From contig NC_087246.1 of the NCBI RefSeq assembly GCF_037042905.1, forward strand, positions 66,464,001 through 66,528,000: a stretch of DNA of 64,000 nucleotides, read 5' to 3'. Numbering within the stretch: the first letter of the stretch is position 1; every line of letters starts with the position of its first letter. The position numbers and the translations under genes were made by a program. The stretch is from Lytechinus pictus. Taxonomy: Eukaryota. Below, piece after piece: positions 37,430 to 49,564 of the stretch. The notes under the pieces are model-generated. The model had not been told where the DNA came from and did no database searches. It was given only the letters and a program-made list of their open reading frames with translations.

Positions 37430-38458
37430 TATAGGCGAGACTTGATTGAAGGAAGGCTCGACTTCCGACCATTCATTGACTTCTTCTTCCTCTTCTAGGA
37501 CACCATTAACAAATGAAAGAGTCTTGTCATCAATCCGTTGCTCAAGGGTCTGAGTACTTGGTAGATGCATTACCATCTCTGTGATGTCATTGGCTTCACT
37601 GACATCAGCAGTATGAAGCTTTACACTACCGTCGGTCTCCGTCTGATGGTCCTTACCCTGCGACGAAGCTTCCTCTCCGTCGCCTTCTAGATTCATCTGG
37701 GATATTGTCTGCACCAAGTTCTGAATGTCTTTCTTCAGTTCTTTGGCCTCAGCACCTTCGCCCGAGGCTGTGCCATCACTGTCCTCATGCACAGCCTCTG
37801 GGCTACTGATGCCAGAGTCGGGCGATGATTTCTCTGCACCCGTATTGCTGCTGCCTCCTATTACAAACTGTGTAGTACTTGTAAACCTATCATCTTTAGT
37901 CCTTGATTCACCTTCGCAGTCGTTAGAGTCCTGCGACGTTGTTTCTACTGATTCCATCTCGATCGTTTCCCCTTTGCTTTCCTCAGTTTCCTTGCCATCT
38001 TCCTTGTCACCCTCCTTATCAGTACTAGATGTTTCCTTATCTCCCGTTCCTAGAACAGGCACTGGCTGTCGCCAAAACATGAAAGAACTATACTCTGGAC
38101 TGTCATCATGATGAGCAGGTGGTTCCCCATCCCCTACTTTGAAGTTTAATTCCCCAACCCCTTGGTGAAATGTCTTTTTGTCTTGACTGGTACTTTGTTC
38201 GCTACTTGCCCCATCTTTGCTAGAAAGTGATTTATTGTTACTGCGTTCATCTATAACTCTGTGCTCTGCCAGTCTATTATCTGAATTATTAGTTGAGTTA
38301 TTTGTCTGTTTGTTATAATTGATATCATCGTCTATAGGCACTACGCCGGCTACTTGGACTGTTCCATCTGCATTGTATAAGAGATGAATGCCTGATATAC
38401 TTGGGTCAGCGAACGTCGAGATAAAAGGACCTAATGCTTGAAATGCTGCCATTCGAAC
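37430..38458 (-). CDS. PPP4R1: PPP4R1 large exon (343 codons): VRMAAFQALGPFISTFADP plus acidic/Ser-Thr-rich disordered linker with YSSFMFWRQPVP motif
   Basis: 1029-bp open frame; gtag acceptor; ATA|gtaagc donor, phase 0 to 0; conserved AAFQ.LGPFISTFA and FWR.P.P motifs. Confidence 0.93.
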
Positions 38459-38910
38459 CTACATGAAAAGAAAAAGAAAAGGAAAATGAATGAAAAATAT
38501 CAAATGACAATGACAAAGCAGTATGCCAGTATTATCAAAGAACAAAATATACAATAGTAAATCATGCTTGCTTTAATGATTTCAACATCTGGGGCCCATA
38601 AGACACCATTGATTTGTTTGCTTCATTGAACCATGGAGCCATGAGTGAACATAATGATCAAAGAAATCACGTGTAAAACTCAGCTAGATATGGTCAAACG
38701 CAAAACTCTATGGTAAGGGCCTATGGGGTCTATAAGCACTCTCAAATCATACAGCATATCTCATATTCTGCTCCCAAATTCCAAAAACTAGTGAAAGCAA
38801 AGAGATAATTGCAGTGTATATGTACAAATGAATATATATCATCTAGGCGGTGCCGATTGCCGCACTTTATATTACCCCGCCTAGATATGAAGTTTGAGCA
38901 CTTGACTTAC

Positions 38911-39069
38911 CCATCTAGACTGATCCCGCAGTAGATGGACGAAGAGATTAGAGAGTTCCTGCTCTCGTTTAGGCTTGGATGTGGCCCAGGATACCGTCAT
39001 AAAACACTCTGCACAGGCTTTCCGAACTCCCCAAACACCATCCTCACAAAGTGCTTCAAACCTTGGTAA
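38911..39069 (-). CDS. PPP4R1: PPP4R1 exon LPRFEALCEDGVWGVRKACAECFMTVSWATSKPKREQELSNLFVHLLRDQSRW
   Basis: VWGVRKACAECFM motif; atacag acceptor / gtaag donor, phase 0 to 0. Confidence 0.98.
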
Positions 39070-41994
39070 CTGTATTGTAGACAAATGGGAAATAATAAAT
39101 AAATGCGAATCATCATTATCAACATATCACATGTTTCTTATACTAATAATGTCTGTAATTGAGTTGTAGATATCTTATACATGAGACAAGACAAGAAGGG
39201 GTCATTCACCTAAATAAATGTCAATAATAACCCAGAAAAGTTGTAAAATGGCCCCCTTTTTATTGCTACGAGGCTCAATATAATTTGGCATGAACAGAAG
39301 TAGAAAAAAAAGCCTCAATTCGGAAAATACTCCCTCCCCTGACTTAGGTTGGCTATCTAAAGAAAAGTTTCACAGCACTTGATTTCTTCATGTCTTATCC
39401 AACATTTTGGCAATTATGAACCAACGTATAACCACATTCTACCTAAATGGGTGAAAGAGCGAGAGAGAGAGAGAAATTCCTATCACTACAAAGAACATAA
39501 CATTTTGTATCCAGCTAGCTAAAAGGCCAAGGACATGGTGATGAACCCACCACCTTTCAAGTTACTGCAAAGCAGCATTCTCATATGATGCTGTTAACAT
39601 TTTAACAAGTCATCAGAAAAAAAAAGGGGGGGGGATTGGGACAATGAGATCTTGCTACAATTGGGTTCCTACACATGACAGGGGATAATTCAGAGAAAGA
39701 TTTCCATTGCCCCATTTTGCTCCACTATAAATTTGCATAGATCTGCACGAGAAGCACTTCTACAACTGTTCATAATTTTGATCTCACATTCATTTACCCC
39801 TATACTCACTGAACCTGCTTCTTGAATAAAGTCACCCCCCCCCCTGCCAGCTCATCTAATTGCTCCAATATTCTTAGTCCTCCAACTCATAATCAAATTT
39901 CTCTGGAAATTTATACAGCCTCCCTAAGTTACACCATCAGCTCCTGTGCAACCGTCAAATTGAATTAAAGCATTCCTAATGACCTAGAAATCAATAGATT
40001 CCAAACTTAACTGCTACCATGTGTTACTAGTGGAATGATTGGAAAATGAATTTGGCTACACTAGATACATAGCATCGATATCACCAGTCAGACTTGTGAA
40101 AAATCATTATACAGAATAATAGCACATACAAGTTTAATATCAGTGGTAAATTCAATGCTGAATCCAAACCTGCATTTATTGCTTTCTCAGCATGAATAAG
40201 CAACAAATTACTTATTACCCTTCTTTATATAGACAAACCAATGGTATTGAAGTTAAGAAGAAAAAAAAATCAATTTATCCCATGAATCAAGAGAATAAAT
40301 GGAAAATGTTGAATGTTTCTTGTGGCACTTCATAAGCACTTTGTTCATAAGAAATATATGCATAAATCCATGTGCACATACATGTACAACATTATAAAAC
40401 AAACATCTCATAGACCACAAGGAAATGAGAATTTCTTGAATTGAAAATGTTTACAATGAAATTTTATTAAAAAAATAATCATCCACATTTGTTTAGATAA
40501 TAAAAGTTTGAAGGATATGAAAATGAATAGCATCAAGGATATAGATGGTATTGAATAAAACTTTATTCAGTTGGCTGTATCAACAATCACTTTTGACCAT
40601 GATGAAACCACATTAAATACATTTTCTGAAATACACAGAATGGAACCCAACAAACAGACCTTGAAAGCCCTAGGAGCCCAAATAATGTGTTTTTGTTGTA
40701 AAGCTGGGACCAATTTCCTAAAAATAGCAAAGACACAAGTAATTCATTTAGCCATCAACTCATCCATGTGTGTTCATTTTAATATCATAGGGAGAAACAG
40801 TAGGGTCGCAAAATAATTCAGTTAGTTTTATAGAAAGGACTAAAATTAGACAATGAATGGAGATTGTTTAAAGATTTTATGGGGGAGGGGCACAAGCTAA
40901 AATGCACTCTAGAGCATTTTGTACATGTACAAAATGTCAACATACATGTATGCCCTGAAAATAAAAATTGCTAGGGCTTGAAATCAGAAAACCAAAGCCC
41001 CTCAAAATATTTTTTTTATAGGCAAATCAGAATGAGCTTGCAGCTTCAATTTTTTTATCGGAAGTGAATGACTAGGCTTTATTATGAGGGTAGAATGTAA
41101 GTCCGATGACTGAAGATAATAAATGATAATAAAGGACCTGAAATCAAACTTCAGTGCATGTAAGGACGCTGTTAGAAAAACTCACATCAAAGTAAAATGT
41201 GGCAAGGAACACATGGTCCAACCATGAACCTACATCATAGTCGAACACATTTGAATACTGGAATTCTGATATTTGATATGCACATTGAAATATTAAAGTA
41301 TTCAATTTTTCTTGATTTTTTCTCTAAATCTACAAAAATGATGCTGAAATGCTCTGTGTCCTGATGTCACTATTTCCCTCACATATCTGGACCTATCTAG
41401 ATTATGTACAGGGAATGAAAAGACATCTTCAGAATACTGTGCTTTTAACCCGTTACCAATGTCATTCCTACCTTCCACAGGGTATTGACCCTTTCCTATT
41501 GTTATAAAGTGCTGCTTTTTGAGGAATGCAACCTTCCATGATTGCCCACGGGAGCAGAGTTTTTCAATCAGTAAGGAAAACTCTGGAATGTTTGCTTTAT
41601 GCAAATGACCACCAGTCCTATGTTCTTGACTGGACTGTACTAGAATGACCACACGGGGTCAGGTTACCACCTCAGTCTTCATGGTCAATCTCAATAATGG
41701 CCATCACATGATGTGAAGGCTGGTCAAGCTCTCACTGGACAGGGATATTGACAACCAGAATGTCATATTGAGAAAGGGGGAAAATGAGGTCAATTCATGA
41801 TTTCCCATTTTAAAGGGAAGGATCATGGCCAGAAACTTTCATCCAAAAAGAATAAAAATAGGGCCAATTGTAAGCTATTCAAAATTGAATCAAATACATG
41901 AATCAACTTTTCGCCACTTCCAAATTGTAACATGTGTTATGTTCTTGCTAAAACTGTGGTACCGTTCTTTCAAAATCCAAGTTAATATTCTTAC

Positions 41995-42060
41995 CAAGAG
42001 TTTCTCTGTTGCTTCCTCTCCTACAACACTACAAATATCACCAAAGTTTGCAGCACAGAC
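41995..42060 (-). CDS. PPP4R1: PPP4R1 exon VCAANFGDICSVVGEEATEKLL
   Basis: 66 bp; VCAANFGDICSVVG conserved; gaag acceptor / gtaag donor. Confidence 0.96.
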
Positions 42061-43065
42061 CTTCAAAATATCAAAATAAACACAGAAGTTATGAAATAAT
42101 TTGATTACCCGAAACTATTGAAAATTCATTTAATGTAACTGGTAAAAACTCATTATTTTAAAAAGGAATTAATAATCCTAAGGAAGAACGATATAAAATA
42201 GAATTTTAAAAATTCCTTGAACAAACATACACCATTGTTAATGAAAAAAGAATCCGGTCAAATCAACTTGAAAGTAAAAACATTTCCTCCTGGAAACTGA
42301 TGTCTGTATCAATAAAATATTTCATACTTGAAGCATTGAACAGTTGGAGAAGGAAGTATGAACTGAAATATGAAGTGCGTATACATGTGGAGAGTGGTTG
42401 ATTATTAATGGTAAAAGGTATTGAGAGCAGTTTCATATCCTTTTCTAAAGCTCTTGATAAATAAGTTGGGAGGTAGTAATGATTGCTGAAAAAAAAAATT
42501 CTGTCATTTTAATGAGGAACTGTTGTTGGAGAAACACTTTCATTATCTCACACATTTCTCACTTTCATTTCCTATTGTGAAATCCTCCAGTGAAGCACAA
42601 TGCATTAAATTATATTCTTGCTGATTACTTATACGAGGTGGCGACAAACCAAAGTAGAGAAGGGAACCTACTCATGAACAATACAATATAGAGGAATACA
42701 AAAATCAACATTATGTATTAAGGGAAAAGTGAAGTATCTAAGTCAACACTGTTAAATTAAGTAATTCAATTTTGCCACATTAATTTCTCCATAATCTACT
42801 ACAAATACTCTGACACAGTAAATCCAGACCAGAATATTTTTTTTGTAGGGGGGGGGGGGGGTTATTATCCATCTGAAAATATTTCTGAGGTCATAATCTT
42901 TAATAACTAATAAAAGCCTGGAATTCATTTTGACTGGGAACAGGTTATTTAAAAAGTCTGACTTTATTTCTGATATGACAAACATGTTTAAAAGGGAAAC
43001 TTGGTTCGGGCAATAGTTACGTGGGTTTGGGCAGAGCATATCATAAACACACAAATAAAACTCAC

Positions 43066-43170
43066 CTTTCGTATATGAAATAAACTGTCTTTGCACAATT
43101 CTGTAAACTGGGGTAAGAAGTAGTTCTCCGTAATTTCCTTGCCAACGAGAGGCGCAACTTTGCTCATCAG
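43066..43170 (-). CDS. PPP4R1: PPP4R1 exon LMSKVAPLVGKEITENYFLPQFTELCKDSLFHIRK
   Basis: 105 bp; tttacag acceptor / gtgag donor; matches the expected K.AP.VGK.ITE...LP.F...C.D..FH.RK. Confidence 0.96.
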
Positions 43171-46100
43171 CTGTAAATGGACGAACGAGGATACAGAGGA
43201 GATAGAGATAAAAAAGATAGGGCAGGAATAAAGTTGAAGAAGATGGATGAGGAAAGTATTTTGGATACAAAAGATGGATTAATATTGAAGATCAAACAAG
43301 GCACATTATCAAAAGTGAGAAAAAATACGTACAAGTAGTTAAAATAAATGAAATCTTATGCAGAAAGCTAGTCTCAATTATTTGATTATCTTTCATCAAA
43401 TTTAACTATAATATAAATCAGATTTATTCACATCTCTAAAAATATGTTTGATATATAATTAAATGTGTCTACTTTGCGTAATCTGACCTGAAAAATTGCT
43501 TCAATTGAATTATTTGGTTCATGGAAGGGTAACTTAAGAGAACTGTATATTTTGGTCCAATGACCTTTTGACTTTCAACTTCAATAGGTTTGTATTAAAG
43601 CCTCTGAATAAATTTAAGTTCCACATGACACGTACAGCAAGCTATTCATTAGGGTCTAATGTAATGGGCATAAGGACAGCAAGTGATCAGAGGTATCTAT
43701 CTGTCAAAGATGAGCCCTAATTGTCGTCGGTCTTTGGGAGAGGACTTAATAATGGACGATAACTGGCAAGATTATCTCTCTGGTGCTCAAAACTCAAATT
43801 AAAACCTGCTCAAATGCAATTACTCCCTTCTTCAAGGGGGTGACTGATACATCCACTCATGGGTATTTAATGTTGCAGATTATGACACAGGAGCAATTAT
43901 GAATATGCATGAAAAAATCATTATTCCAGCAGCATTTTCTCTCTGGATAAGGTCATCAAGTCAGTCATTGGAAATAATTCATTCAATTCAAAGATGAGTC
44001 AATGATCTAGCGCTAGTACCACCATAACTCATATGGCAAGGCCTTCATTTGCTTGAGACAGCTTTGATTCTGCACTTATAACGTTTTCATAGATTCGTCA
44101 TAGATTTTCAAAAACAGAAATGCATGGCAAAGTGAGCATAAATAATTTGGTCATTTGTTTTCTTATTTAAATTTCAATTCTATCATTTCTCTTCTGAAAC
44201 CATATCAACAAACACCTCACAATCTTGGTTTTGGTCTAGAAAAAATACAGAAGATATCTAGATCTAGAGATCTGTATCTGCTTAAAGGTTATTGGCCACA
44301 GAACAAAGCTTACATTGCAAACTTCGAATCCAATTTTCAAACTGAATCTTCACTGCTTGCCTAGCCAGGTAGTAAAACACGACTCGCTCAGAGATGTAAT
44401 AAGTATTCGCCAGGGGAAAAACAGAATAGTGAGATTGTTTTGTGAAATTCAAATCTCACTACCCATGTCTTTCACCCGGGGAACACCGATCCTGTGAACT
44501 GCAATCATGGAATGAAGTTTGGTCATCGCACAGCAAGGGTCCAATCTGATCCAATCTGGTTGCATAAAATGGAGATGCTTTTTCCTTTACTTAGTTTTGC
44601 TGGTGTAGCCATTATGTAGAATTATGGCGGAGTGGATTGAAGCATACGTGGCTCTTGCAGTGGTTTGTTGAACTGAAGTGAAGACATACTAACGTTACGA
44701 TGTAATTTCAGCTTGATGTAGAATACAGACGAGACATCTATGATCTAGCTAAGACTTGATTTTGGTAAATTCCTCTCGGCCACTTTCAAATGGGACATAG
44801 AGTCTAGGCCTAGATCTACGCAAGATCCTTTCCATTTAACTTCATCAAATGTTTATCTCTTTCCACGACACAGCCACAGGTCAACAGCAAGAACATGAAG
44901 AAGCATTGTAATTGAACAGTTGACATTAAATGAGCTAGCTACTGAAGACATATCATTATCAATGAAATCAAGTTGAGAAAGTACATTTCCCTTTTCTGAA
45001 ATTCCAGAATTTTTTTAGATCTCTTAGTCAGGCCAGGGCTATTGAAATGTTAATTCCACAGTGCAGAATGCAAAAACTTCAGCATAAAACAAAAGAACAG
45101 GTGATCTCCATGATACAATTCCATGTAAGGCTGTGACCTGTGTTCCAGTCTAGCTGCAACTTGCAAGTAAAATTCCTTGCTGCATAGAACTGTATCGCAC
45201 AAAAGATGCATGCATGATGCAAATGCAATGCTCAAGCAAAACCAAAAAAGAGAGCAGAGCTTATCATGACCATCGGAATGCCACTACTATCATCTCTTTT
45301 CCATGAAGTAATGTGACCTCAATTTTACCTTCGTCATCCATTAACATGCTGGAGAAGACTCAAATTCTGTTCCTTGTCCACCATGTGAAAATGAGAAAGT
45401 GGTGGCAATGATGAATGCATCACAAGCTCAATGCACACACATTGGCAGTGCAGCATCCCTTTTCTGTACAGCTAAATTGAATGCCTTTGCTTTGTTGTAT
45501 ACTTGTGTGAGGAGTGTGCCCATATGTTTCTGTGTATAAAGTGAAAGTGTGCAGTGTCCAGCACACACATGTGGCATTTGTTTGAGCGGGAAAGATTTGG
45601 GTTGATATCCCTGTACTGTGCATGAGGCAAGCAAGCTAGCAGTGTGTGGTTCCTACAATATACACACAAACCAATGTGTAACACACACAGATGTTTTTGT
45701 GTGAATAATTCATCTTTCATATGTTTTCATTATCTTCTGTTTTACTAGTATCTCAAGCTAGCTTCACTCACTATCAGTCAAAGGGCCAGGGTCAACTGAA
45801 CTCTGCACATATATCAAACACTTTACAGTATAGTGGATTTCATTTCAATGTGGCAATTTTCAAAAAGTCAGGAATTGTTCAAGGGGGAGGGGGAACATAA
45901 TTATGAAATGAAATCAGCTTGGTTGTTCCCATTCAGTTGAAAAATATATTTCCCATCATTTAAAATTGCATTTCTTTAATAAAAATCATTTAGAAAAAAA
46001 TATCATAATTAGATGAGGCTCACTTAAAAAATGATTAGATAATAATGACCTACATTTAAAAGAGCTTACTTTCTAAGGAAACATTCATGTGAAGTTAACA

Positions 46101-49100
46101 TGAAAATATGTGGACATTATTTTCTTATCCACCTTTCTTACAAACAATGAAAAAAAAATGCAAATAACTGTGCACTGAATAAAACATTGATACAAACTAC
46201 AGTACACTCCTAGCAAATATTACATGTAGATCATATCTGATATTCATCTATCATCAAAACTCTTATGTAACTCAGTAGTTGTTTCCTGCATACATATGGA
46301 AAGAATCATGTTCTTGAATGAATACATAACTGATATCCAGCAGGCATAGTGACTAACAATCTCTCTTCTCCACATAATCAATAGCTAAGACTGTACTATA
46401 ACAGAAAGGACATTTTCACTGCCTGACTCCTTCTCTGGACCACCCTCTCACCATTCTTATGTCACACAGTTCTAATGTCACCCCATTCAGACAACAGCTT
46501 AAAACTAGTGTTTCATGATCTACATGTACATAGTCCTTTAGACCTACCCCAGGGGCCGTGGAACTGGGGGGGGGGGATGGCTTCAGCCTCAATTTTATTC
46601 ACCACCGTGTACAATAATGTAAAATACTAAGCAATTAAGTAGGGAATGTCTCTATCTTTCAATGAAATATCATACAGCAATAAAAATATAGATCATTACT
46701 CGAAACTTTGGCAGAGTCTTGTTCTCATCTTATAATCATAAACAGATATTTCAATGGGCATATGTTTATTAATTGATATGCAGTGTGAATATCACTTTTG
46801 CTACTTGATACTTTACAAAGATGTTACATTACGCAACTACATGTATTATACTGATTTCTTTGTGTGAACAGGCTATCAGTTTTACATCTCATTCCCACAC
46901 ACAGTGCACTTTGCCTTTACACTTGTGAAGCAGATATGCTAGTTTCAAGATGCAGACCCTGTTTGAGGCCTAAACATAATCAACCATGCAGCCATAATTT
47001 TTTGAGGTTCAACTCTTATCAGTCCTCTTCACGGTTAATCTTGAAATTTAAGAAACACCATCTCCATCAGACAGAATGGGGAATCAACCCTTGCAATTTA
47101 CCTGGGGACAATCCTGTCAATGAATTAAACATGGTTTTACATAAGAGCATGCACTAAACCCTTACCAAGAAAGAGGGTGGAGTGGCATTTTTTTCCGGGG
47201 GGGGGGGGGGGGGGGGCAGAAGTAGCCTGAAAATTTATTGAAACAAATGAAAGGCATCAAAGCAATCCTGTATTATATTCCAAGGGAAACTTTGCATTTT
47301 TTTTACTTGAGAGAAGGGCACAGAGGCAATTATCAATATAGATCTGTGAGGAGTTCTTTACATGCTCAAAATGGGGAATGCTGAAATATCATCAGCAAAA
47401 ATACACTGAGTGGGATTCCTGCTAACAAAAAAACACACAGACAATATTTTTAGTAAGGCATCTCTTTCGAAAAAAGCCTAAAGGGCAGACTTAAAAATAC
47501 ACCTAATAGCAGTTTACCGTTATTTTTAAATGGATGATCAAATTCAAGTGAATTCATACATCACAAGGGAAATTCATGTACTAGCTATAAAGGTACATAA
47601 GTGCAGCAAATCCATAAGAGGCCCTTCAATATTGGGAAGTGCAATTTGGGGATAATCAGGGCATATCGATAAGATTTAAAACAAATTTGGTAAAGCAAGT
47701 AGACTAAATTGCATCTGAATTTATTACCACTGATATTGAGATTGTTCCTATTGGGATACTTCATGAGATCAGAAACAGCAGGGTACATTGAAAACTTGAT
47801 CTGATCTAGACAGATCTTATCAATAACTAATAAGGGTTTGTTTTTACAGACTAAGTAGAAACACACCTCCCTTGATATCACAATCACCTATCGAACATTC
47901 CAATACAAGAATGGGGTGCATACAATGGCTGCATCTTATTACCAAGATTTTGAACTCTTGAGAAGTATCAGGGGCGTGATGATGATTATGGTATTCGATT
48001 TCCCCTGTAATTGAAATCCATTGTTTAACAGAAGTATCAATTGAGTACAGTTCTTTTCAGGGATGTTTACTCCGATATAATTTGGTTTAATAAAGGCAGA
48101 ATATCAAGAGAAACATATCGAAGGTTTGACCAGAATCCAAGGAATAAAGAGTATGGATTTTCTAAATTTAGACTTCGCATGCGAGTATATCCACAGTATA
48201 CCATATGATATAAATTCCATAAAATGCTATTTTCTCACAAATTGAAAATCTTCTACCAGTGCATACTATAAATCAGACAAAATGAATCACAATACAAAAA
48301 AAGTATATTCCGTCATGATGTACCCGTTATAAATGAGAATTTACTTAATTTATATTACACCGACATGGCCTTTTCATCATTAAATAGATCATTTGAGGTA
48401 GATCCCTTTTTATCAAGAACTCAAATATCTTTTCTTCTCATCAGAGACATTAAATATCTACCTTAATAATAAAATCACCATGTTTCAAGATGTCTTTCTT
48501 TCCATTGTTTCTGAAACCCCCTAATCTTGTTCAATCTCAAATTAGCATAAAATTACGTAACCATCATACATGTACACCTACTTTATTTTACTTTAAAGAT
48601 GAGAAATCAAACTTTGAAACTATAGGAAAGGTTTGGAGAGGTTTCACAAAACCACACCACTACCACAATACTATACATTCATCTTCACTTAATAGAAACA
48701 GACATTTTCAAATCTGTTCACTTAAAACCAAAAGCACAGAAGTGGTTTCTCAAAACTGTCTCAAGCTATGATTATAATTTGATCTACTGAATGTTCAAAT
48801 TTGATGAGAATTTTCGCCATTTCTATTTACCTTTGTCATTTCATTTTCAATTTCTTCTTCTGAAGAAGAGTAATCATTTGTCATATACGGTCGACCTCTG
48901 TATCAAAATTGAATAATTATTGTACCAGACTCTTCTCTTTGATCATGTTGTTTCATAGTCGTGTCAGTCAAATTTTGTGATTATTCACAAGGTGTTGGAT
49001 TCAGTCGAGTTTTACTGTTAATGAAAATAGCCAGTGTAACATAGGGAAATATAGGCAAAGAGGGGACACAACAAAAATTCAGAGGCTCCAACTGCCCTGC

Positions 49101-49417
49101 AAATAAAGCAAATATCTGCCCAATCTTCCATGATTGTTGTTTAAATTCTCCAGCCACAGCAAAGAATCACTTCTCTATTCTATTCATAAATTTTGGTCTA
49201 GAATTTTCAAACAAACATCTATGGAATTCATCCTGGTATAAATACCCTATTCAGTTTTGTTAATAGATCCAAAAGTAAGGCAAAAACAGAATATTTCATT
49301 TTTCAATCCATGGCAACCTCTGTTTTAAGAGGCCCAGAGAACATCAAGATCAGGGGGCAGAATCTCCTCTTTAAATGCAAGGGGTGGAGTCTGAGAAAAT
49401 TGAAAACATAGACTTAC

Positions 49418-49564
49418 TGCCACAGCCTCTGTTCTGTAGTCATCTGAACTATCCTGACTGGACAACTGGACAATGACTGGACACACCTGCTCCTCCATGT
49501 CCTGTCTCCCAACCAACTCCTGTTCTAGCAAGACTAGCAATGCTGCCTGACTGGTCTTCCGGAC
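49418..49564 (-). CDS. PPP4R1: PPP4R1 exon VRKTSQAALLVLLEQELVGRQDMEEQVCPVIVQLSSQDSSDDYRTEAVA
   Basis: VRKTSQAALL.LLEQEL conserved; ccacag acceptor / gtaag donor. Confidence 0.97.

Noticed and set aside
37436-37441. Alternative donor CAA|gtctcg for the large PPP4R1 exon
   Set aside because: Much weaker than the in-frame ATA|gtaagc donor 12 nt further on.
37725-38111. 128-aa Ser-rich plus-strand ORF
   Set aside because: Antisense shadow of the large PPP4R1 exon.
42752-43270. 172-aa minus-strand ORF
   Set aside because: Overlaps the real 105-bp PPP4R1 exon in a different frame; the rest is intron.
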